In this document: positions 33,981 through 40,000 of the stretch, piece after piece
Layout of the letters: each line of letters opens with the position of its first letter
How positions within the stretch are numbered: the first letter of the stretch is position 1
Assembly: GCF_004799665.1 (NCBI RefSeq)
Contig: NZ_CP031310.1
Location: forward strand, 200,887-240,886
Origin: Halapricum salinum
GTDB lineage: Archaea > Halobacteriota > Halobacteria > Halobacteriales > Haloarculaceae
Direction of reading: 5' to 3'
DNA length: 40,000 bases
Made by a program: the position numbers and the translations under genes
The notes under the pieces: generated by a model
Told to the model about the DNA's origin: nothing
The model's database searches: none
The model's input: only the letters and a program-made list of their open reading frames with translations

Positions 33981-36900
33981 CGATCTCACCTCCTGGAAGC
34001 ATCTCTCGCTCGATCATTTGAGACGCGGCATCTTCGGAGGGAACTCTTTCGATCAGCATCTCTCGGAGACTTTCAAGCAAGACGTAGCTCAAGCTTTCCG
34101 ACTGGTCGTGTGCCGATATGCACTCCGCTAAGTGTAGATTCTCGACACAACCGTCGATATCCGGAGAGAAAAACAGGGATTTCACCCGATCAAGGTCTCC
34201 AACATCGTGTGGCATTTTTCTGACCGCATCAGCAGGGAATTCATTGTTGCCCGCTACCTGCTCTTTTGAGACGGTCTGTTTGATTCGGTATGCCGTTTCG
34301 GTTGAGATGCCTTCCTCACTCGAAAGCTGCCTAGCTCGATCAATCGAGGAGAGCACTTCATCCACGATCAGATCGGCGACATCGGGGAAGATCGGAGTTT
34401 CATCCATATCACGGACGACTTCTCGAACGGTGTGTTCGTCTGGGTCTTCCGGTATTCGTTCCACGAAACCCTCCGACGCCCAGAGTCTCTCGTTGATGAC
34501 CTGTGGATTATAGCAGATATGGGTCAGCGCGTTTAGTGCCGTACCCGGATCGGTCTGGAGGTCTTCGTAAACCAGATCAACGATGCCTTGGCCACCCTGA
34601 GACCGCTCAAACACATACACCTCGTCGGCTTCGTGATCAATCCCGTAGAAGAGCATACTTGGATTGACTCCGCCAATATCGGCGACCAACTGGGTGAAAC
34701 AGTGCGCCGCTGTATGCCGAGCCACTTCATTGAGTGATAACTCATTCAGCGACTTGTAGCGACGTACTCGTTTCTTAGTCTCTTCGTCAATGTCGGACAC
34801 GAAGTCGCTCAGGTCGAAAATCAACCCTCGGGTATCGAGCGAGAAACCCAAGGGCCGATTCCCGGTCGTGATTTCCTGAGAAATCCGATCCTCGCCGGTG
34901 AATATGAACTCATTTTCATCACCAACGGGTCGTGCCGGTGTGATTTCAAGGGATACTCCCGTGAGAGTTACTTTCCCAGTAATGTCAGCGAGGGTTGCTC
35001 TCCCCCGTGTCGCTTCCTCTTGACGCCCTTCAAGTCTAGTCTCTACTTCCGGGTTAGAATGGATTTTTCCGAACGCTCTATCGTTATGACGTAAGCACCG
35101 ATCCTCTTTAAGAATCTGGAAACACTCGGGACAGTACCTGACGATATTCAGAGCGCGACCGCCGCTGAGATCTTCTATATCGTCAAGAGTGATAGAGTCC
35201 GGAGTAATCATGCCGTCGCGCCGGTCACCGGGGACGTCCTCAAAGGAGAATCTGACCCCGTCATCATCAGCAATGGTTTCGGGTAGGTAGGCTTGCAAAT
35301 GACCTGCTTCTTGTTGATACTCGCTACGGTACGGAGCATAGGTCTGAACGAGTTTGTCGATAGACTGTTCGTCGCCACTCTCATCGTCCTCCCCATAGAA
35401 CACCGTGAAGTACTTCCCAGCGTCTTGGAAGTAGTTCGGGGGAACGTACCAGACGGTGCCTTCAAGCGAACGGTGGTCAACTTTCAGGAACCGGTCATAA
35501 TAATACGCCCCTCGAAGGAGATGCTTGACGTAGTACAGGCTCTTATCGTTCTGTTCAATAGAGTTGTATTCGCCGAGCTGAGTCAGCGTCTGTCTGAGAT
35601 AGTAGATCTGTTTACGCTTCGTTGCCGTCTTATCGAGCTCCTCGCTTTCAATCGCGCGGCTGGCTGTATCAACGCGGTCAACCACCTGATCAACGGACGT
35701 CGGCAGTTCTGGAAGGTTAACAGACACGTATTCTCGGTCAACGACACGCCGGAGTCTCTCGACGTCACTCGTTATCCCGTAGAGATCAGGGATCAGATCG
35801 TCTAATGCTTCGACTTGTTCAGTAGGCGGAGTTTCAGCGAGGTTTGTGACGGAGGTTCGAAGCTCTTCTAGAGTTGATTCCAAGGCATCGAGCTGTGATT
35901 TGACCTTCTCTTCGGTACTGACATCGGAATCTTCGATTTCGTCGATTAGCACTTGTCGCTGGCTACAGAATTCCAAGAAATCAGTTCTTATCTCTGAGAC
36001 TAGAGACCGAGCCAAGTCTTCTCTTTGCATAGACTGCCCAACCTGATCCTCGATGAGATCTGAAATCTCAGGCTGTGTCACGTCCTCCCTAAGCTCGGAC
36101 AGAACCTGATCTACAGTCTCAACCGGCTCCTCTCCATGTAATGCAGGGAGCTGACTCTCACTCACGTCAATTCCGAACTCTCGGCGCAATACAGCTGCAG
36201 GTTCCGTGATGAACTCGTAGTACTGTTTGTAGCCCAGTTCTGAACAAAGGAACTGTTCGAGGAACTCTTCCTTCCGGTCAATTGACCCAGAGAACCACTC
36301 TTTCGAGACAGCTGTTGATGTTTCGTAGAACTTCTCGAACTGGTCGTGGATCCAGGCAATCACGTGATTATCCGTCTTCAATGGCGTTCGGATTTCAGAC
36401 CCGAGGAAACGGTCGGCACGATAGAACATATTCGCGTCCTGAGTGAGATCCGAGAGGAATACGACAATGTGTGAGTCGGTGTCTTCCTTCCGCGCTGCTC
36501 GTCCCGCACGCTGAATGAATGACGACAGATCCCACGGCGTCCGATACTGCGTGACGATAGTGATCTCACCGACGTCAATCCCGACCTCAAGGAAGCTCGT
36601 CGAGAGCAGCAGGTCGCTCTCGGCTGTTGCAGCAGCGTCGAACCCAGCGTCTGAGTAGACAGATTCGAAGCGAAGTGAAGATTCAATGAAGTCGCAGTCC
36701 ATCTCCTTAGCTACCCGATCCCAGTTAGAGTAATCGCTTCCAGTTCTGTGATACCGCCAGAGTTCGTTTGCTCGATCAGCGTCCTCCAGTTGCGCCCTCT
36801 TTTGGTTCACTTGGCTTATACTGTCGATGAATGAGAGGATTTTCCCGCGCTCACCGGTCTCGCTGTTCAAGAGGCTATGTCCAAGCAACATCAACTGCTG

Positions 36901-38028
36901 GATGGCCATCGATGAGACCCCAGGACCTTCCTCCGACGTTTTGAGGAAGTAGTAGTGCTCCTTGTCCTCGTGGTCCGTTCGGAAATCGGAGTCAGGCGGC
37001 GCGACTGATTCAACTCGTCCACTTGGAACGGGAAAGAGATCAGTAGCAAATCGCTGTGGATCATCGACCGTCGCGCTTGAGCCTAGCCAGAGCAGCGAAT
37101 GGTCCGTTATCGCCTCGATATTTTGTGCTATATTTGCAGTATGTGCTCCTCTGAGCCCGGTGTACAGGTGGACTTCGTCGAATACAATCGTATCGGCCCG
37201 GTCAATGATGTTGTAGTTCGGTTTGAGTGAGAATAGCTCCAGAGATTCTAACGTCGTCAGAAGAATGTCCGGTCCAGGCTGATTTTTGATATCAGTCCGA
37301 TTAAGCAGGACCTCCCGATCAGAGAAGGAGTGTGCATCATTGTTCTCGCAAACCAGGCGGTAAGTCGAACTTCCTCCTTGGTAGGTGAATGAGTGAGTTT
37401 CGTCGTCTCCACACCAGCAATCGGCGAGCTTGAATCGACGCGTGCCATGCTGATTAGCAAAAAATGCGTCTTTCCTTTCAACCTCTGATGACGTATACGG
37501 TGTGTTGCTGGTCCATACCCCAACAGAAAGGCTAGTGTCGTGCTCTGTTCTAAGGTTGTACAAGTGTTCTAGAATCCGTCCGAGTTGGTCCTGTAGGAGA
37601 GCCCGACTCGGATAGACGACGATTGCCAAGTCCTGTTGATCTTCTGCTAACAGCTGATAGAGTGGGCCGAGAAACGCTTCTGTCTTTCCAAAGCCTGTGG
37701 GTGCCGAGAAAATCGCGCCACGCGAGTTGTTGGATGACCGTCGATCCGCATCGAGGTCGCGGATCAGTTGCCAGCTTTCGACCTGAAAGTCGAGTGGCTT
37801 GAAATCGAAGAGTTCGATGATGTCAGCAACGAACTGATCGTCACCAGTGTATTTACTCGTGGCTCGTCGATCCTGTGGCCTCTGTGTGTACTTGACACCA
37901 TCCGTGATGTAAGGAGGATTGTCTTGGTCAGCATCGAATATCTGGGTGTTTGAGAGAAAACCGCGAATCAGCGGTCGGATATCATCAGGGATTCGTGAGG
38001 CATTCGAGTTCCGATCAAAGTACTTCAT
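33952..38028 (-). CDS. Large DExH-box superfamily-2 helicase with a DUF1998 (MZB)-like C-terminal domain
   Basis: The helicase motifs are I (SAPTGFGKTEAF), II (VFDEVHLY), III (GSSATV) and VI (FIQRAGRAARK). The C-terminal region has CPECFQILKEDRCLRH, RHTAAHCFTQLV...VYVFERSQGGQGIVD and DIDGCVENLHLAEC. I prefer the ATG at 38028 to the TTG at 38064. Confidence 0.82.
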   Translation of the reverse strand: MKYFDRNSNASRIPDDIRPLIRGFLSNTQIFDADQDNPPYITDGVKYTQRPQDRRATSKYTGDDQFVADIIELFDFKPLDFQVESWQLIRDLDADRRSSNNSRGAIFSAPTGFGKTEAFLGPLYQLLAEDQQDLAIVVYPSRALLQDQLGRILEHLYNLRTEHDTSLSVGVWTSNTPYTSSEVERKDAFFANQHGTRRFKLADCWCGDDETHSFTYQGGSSTYRLVCENNDAHSFSDREVLLNRTDIKNQPGPDILLTTLESLELFSLKPNYNIIDRADTIVFDEVHLYTGLRGAHTANIAQNIEAITDHSLLWLGSSATVDDPQRFATDLFPVPSGRVESVAPPDSDFRTDHEDKEHYYFLKTSEEGPGVSSMAIQQLMLLGHSLLNSETGERGKILSFIDSISQVNQKRAQLEDADRANELWRYHRTGSDYSNWDRVAKEMDCDFIESSLRFESVYSDAGFDAAATAESDLLLSTSFLEVGIDVGEITIVTQYRTPWDLSSFIQRAGRAARKEDTDSHIVVFLSDLTQDANMFYRADRFLGSEIRTPLKTDNHVIAWIHDQFEKFYETSTAVSKEWFSGSIDRKEEFLEQFLCSELGYKQYYEFITEPAAVLRREFGIDVSESQLPALHGEEPVETVDQVLSELREDVTQPEISDLIEDQVGQSMQREDLARSLVSEIRTDFLEFCSQRQVLIDEIEDSDVSTEEKVKSQLDALESTLEELRTSVTNLAETPPTEQVEALDDLIPDLYGITSDVERLRRVVDREYVSVNLPELPTSVDQVVDRVDTASRAIESEELDKTATKRKQIYYLRQTLTQLGEYNSIEQNDKSLYYVKHLLRGAYYYDRFLKVDHRSLEGTVWYVPPNYFQDAGKYFTVFYGEDDESGDEQSIDKLVQTYAPYRSEYQQEAGHLQAYLPETIADDDGVRFSFEDVPGDRRDGMITPDSITLDDIEDLSGGRALNIVRYCPECFQILKEDRCLRHNDRAFGKIHSNPEVETRLEGRQEEATRGRATLADITGKVTLTGVSLEITPARPVGDENEFIFTGEDRISQEITTGNRPLGFSLDTRGLIFDLSDFVSDIDEETKKRVRRYKSLNELSLNEVARHTAAHCFTQLVADIGGVNPSMLFYGIDHEADEVYVFERSQGGQGIVDLVYEDLQTDPGTALNALTHICYNPQVINERLWASEGFVERIPEDPDEHTVREVVRDMDETPIFPDVADLIVDEVLSSIDRARQLSSEEGISTETAYRIKQTVSKEQVAGNNEFPADAVRKMPHDVGDLDRVKSLFFSPDIDGCVENLHLAECISAHDQSESLSYVLLESLREMLIERVPSEDAASQMIEREMLPGGEIDGTSIFFTL

Positions 38029-38086
38029 GCAGTCGATTTGTTGGAGATGGACACGATGCCGCAATCAATCTTTCCACGAGAGACGA

Positions 38087-38761
38087 TCATGAGAGGGTCA
38101 CTTCGAGATAGTCTGCGAGATCGGACTCATGGAGGCGATTGAGTTCCTCTTCTGAGAGCGCTGCCAACGTTAGCCGTTCGTCGTCTAATAACCGATCAAC
38201 GAGCTCATCAAGCGGTGTATCCCGGTATGGGCCAAACAGAGCGTCCTTTGCCTCCTCTAGTGATTGACGCATAAAGTGACCGTACTCTCTGGCCTCCTCT
38301 TTCCGCTGGTCGATTTGATCCGCTTCAATCTGTGCCTCCCAGTTCCAGTTATCGAGGAGGGTATCGAGCGCATCTAACTTGTCTTGATCTACCCGCTCAA
38401 CTCGCTGGTTCAACCGAATCATGCCTCGGACAGTGTTGTGGATGTCGATTCTCGCTTGGTGAACGAAGTTGTTAACCTCCCTCCGTTGAGCTTCGACAGC
38501 TTCGCGGGTTTCGGGAAGTCGTTCTGCGAGAGCATTGTAATCGTCCTGCTCTAACAGAGATCTAGCCTCTTCGACCGCGTGTTTCGCCTCAGAGTCTATC
38601 TCAACTTCAGTCCGGAAGAAGGCTTCAGCAAGAACTCGTTCGAGAATCGTTTCCTCCATCGTTTTTGCGAGCTCGTCTAGTTCTGATTCCAGGCCTTGTC
38701 GCCGGTGCTGTTCGTAAATCGTCTCTAGCTGTTCCTGAAACGTACTGGAATTAGCTGACAT
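38087..38761 (-). CDS. Hypothetical coiled-coil protein
   Basis: The 224-aa ORF is E/R/L/A-rich and looks helical throughout. Its start overlaps the stop of the upstream gene by 11 nt. Confidence 0.55.
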   Translation of the reverse strand: MSANSSTFQEQLETIYEQHRRQGLESELDELAKTMEETILERVLAEAFFRTEVEIDSEAKHAVEEARSLLEQDDYNALAERLPETREAVEAQRREVNNFVHQARIDIHNTVRGMIRLNQRVERVDQDKLDALDTLLDNWNWEAQIEADQIDQRKEEAREYGHFMRQSLEEAKDALFGPYRDTPLDELVDRLLDDERLTLAALSEEELNRLHESDLADYLEVTLS

Positions 38762-40000
38762 AGTGATCGCTCACCTCCTTGAACCGCTCACCGAGACCTC
38801 CCCTGTGTCCACCGTTACTGCTCGCACCATCGATTGGAACAGAACGGAACCGTTTCACGACTGGTGTGGCTGCCAACTTCAGAGAGATCAGTGCTGCCTG
38901 AATCTGATCTTGGGTGTTTTCCATACGGAGAGTATCGGCAGTATCAGCGGCCTCAACAGCCTTATCGACATCTGCTTGAGAGAAGTCAACGAACTTCGTT
39001 AGCTCCTGTTGGAGATCTGGATTCACGTTATCATAGGTTCTGAGATTAGACACGAGTTCGGAAACTCGGGTCATATTGAGCGTGGAGAATTCCGAGTTGA
39101 TCTCCTCTATCAGTTCACGGTCGTAGCCGTGGTCCGCTACCTCTTCGAGAGCTTGGCGTACGTCGTACATCGTATCCGCAATCGACCGGACATAAGCCTC
39201 CTGTCCGAATCGAACGCGGCTATCTATCTCTGCGATGTATTGCCGACCGAGCATGTCGAGAACCTCGTACGGCGGGTTCCGACCCAGCCGTCTCCGGATC
39301 TTCGGAACGTCTAGACTGCCCCCGGAGACGCCCAGTAGTTTTCCCACCATAGCTTCGATGTGATCGGCGGAGTCCATCGCTGTCTTGATGTGGTCGTACT
39401 CTTCCTGCGAGAGGATCTCAGTAATCTGTTCTTCGAGATGCGGATCAACCGAGAAAGCGTCGTCCTCACTGAAGCGTTCATTAATCGCGGTCGCATCGAT
39501 GTTGCGCCACGGAGAGTCAAGCATCACCAGATGAACGTATGTAGCTAAGACGAAGTCCGTGAAGTCATAATCTGCACTCCCTTTGTAGAACACCTTCTCC
39601 CCGTTAAGATATTCCTCAATCAGCATTTGACGCCACTGTAGGGCGTAGTACATCAACTGAGTCCCACACTCTGTGAGAAGCGAATCAACGTCAGCACTCC
39701 GCGGTTCCTCTACCCGGCGGATTCCGTATTTGAGTATCTTCCGGAGGTCAGATCTTCTGAAGTCACGTCTGTCAAGCAGAATCTGATCTATTTCCGGTGA
39801 GTCATCACTCTCAACGTAGACGAATGGATCCTTCTGACTGCTAAGCCGATATTCAAGTTTGGTTCCTTCGTAAAGTTTGAACCCGTCCGTGAGATGTTCG
39901 ATAGCATCCCTGAGCCCCTGTCGGATGAAGCGGTTTGTCTTAGCGTATTCTTCTGGATTTTCGAGCCAAGAATCCACTAAGCCGTTGTGTTTCTCGATTA
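38751..40000 (-). CDS. Hypothetical protein, 5' end probably outside the window
   Basis: The track starts it at the GTG at 39977, but the frame stays open to the window edge (…IEKHNGL-VDSWLENPEEYAK…). It is at least 408 aa, acidic, and I recognised no motif. Confidence 0.55.
   Translation of the reverse strand, partial: IEKHNGLVDSWLENPEEYAKTNRFIRQGLRDAIEHLTDGFKLYEGTKLEYRLSSQKDPFVYVESDDSPEIDQILLDRRDFRRSDLRKILKYGIRRVEEPRSADVDSLLTECGTQLMYYALQWRQMLIEEYLNGEKVFYKGSADYDFTDFVLATYVHLVMLDSPWRNIDATAINERFSEDDAFSVDPHLEEQITEILSQEEYDHIKTAMDSADHIEAMVGKLLGVSGGSLDVPKIRRRLGRNPPYEVLDMLGRQYIAEIDSRVRFGQEAYVRSIADTMYDVRQALEEVADHGYDRELIEEINSEFSTLNMTRVSELVSNLRTYDNVNPDLQQELTKFVDFSQADVDKAVEAADTADTLRMENTQDQIQAALISLKLAATPVVKRFRSVPIDGASSNGGHRGGLGERFKEVSDHYVS

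Larger units (their letters stand above)
10873..40000. mobile_element. Integrated mosaic genomic island (right end not in window)
   Basis: The evidence is the integrase at the left edge, a visible G+C drop relative to 1-10,800, a second recombinase, a transposase-like ORF, defence-type genes and many orphan ORFs. I found no att repeats or tRNA target. Confidence 0.6.

Noticed and set aside
1-40000. Search for CRISPR arrays, rRNA genes and tRNA genes.
   Set aside because: I saw no regularly spaced 25-40 bp repeats, no rRNA-like conserved stretches and no cloverleaf-compatible segments by eye. Absence of tRNA should be confirmed with tRNAscan-SE.

Overview
The window looks like a haloarchaeal (Halobacteria-type) chromosome: very GC-rich, strongly acidic predicted proteins, and TATA-like boxes close to start codons. 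It has two parts.

(1) Positions 1 to about 10,800 are ordinary core genome, roughly two-thirds G+C by eye. The genes are an RHH/PIN toxin-antitoxin pair, a LEA_2-like membrane protein, a cold-shock protein, an alpha-glucan phosphorylase, a membrane histidine kinase, a CDA-type deaminase, UspA, a zinc-ribbon membrane protein, a PiT phosphate transporter, a DUF457-like hydrolase and a DoxX-like protein.

(2) At 10,873 a tyrosine integrase gene opens a mosaic accessory island of at least 29 kb. Its G+C is visibly lower (around half by eye) and it runs off the right edge. It carries a second Xer-like recombinase with a triple binding-site-like repeat, a large IS4-like DDE transposase ORF, an Arch_ATPase/DUF234-type ATPase, wHTH regulators, a frameshifted gene and a foreign GC-rich patch.

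The main result is a roughly 15 kb gene cluster at 25,137-40,000.
- It contains queD-queE-queC, the preQ0 synthesis genes.
- Divergent from these is an operon with two catalytically intact tRNA-guanine-transglycosylase paralogues that both lack a PUA domain. One of them carries the ArcS-type PC-x3-KPY-x2-S-x2-H motif. The operon also has a small DUF6884-like protein and a GHKL ATPase.
- Adjacent is a second operon encoding two unknown proteins, a 1358-aa DExH helicase with a DUF1998-like C-terminus, and a PLD (HKD) nuclease.
- No DNA methyltransferase is visible in the window.

I interpret this as a candidate archaeal defence system based on 7-deazaguanine (possibly archaeosine-like) DNA modification plus restriction. 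It would combine a Dpd-like modification module with a DISARM/Druantia-like helicase-nuclease module. All family assignments come from motifs read in the translations; no database search was possible. I found no rRNA, convincing tRNA or CRISPR array.
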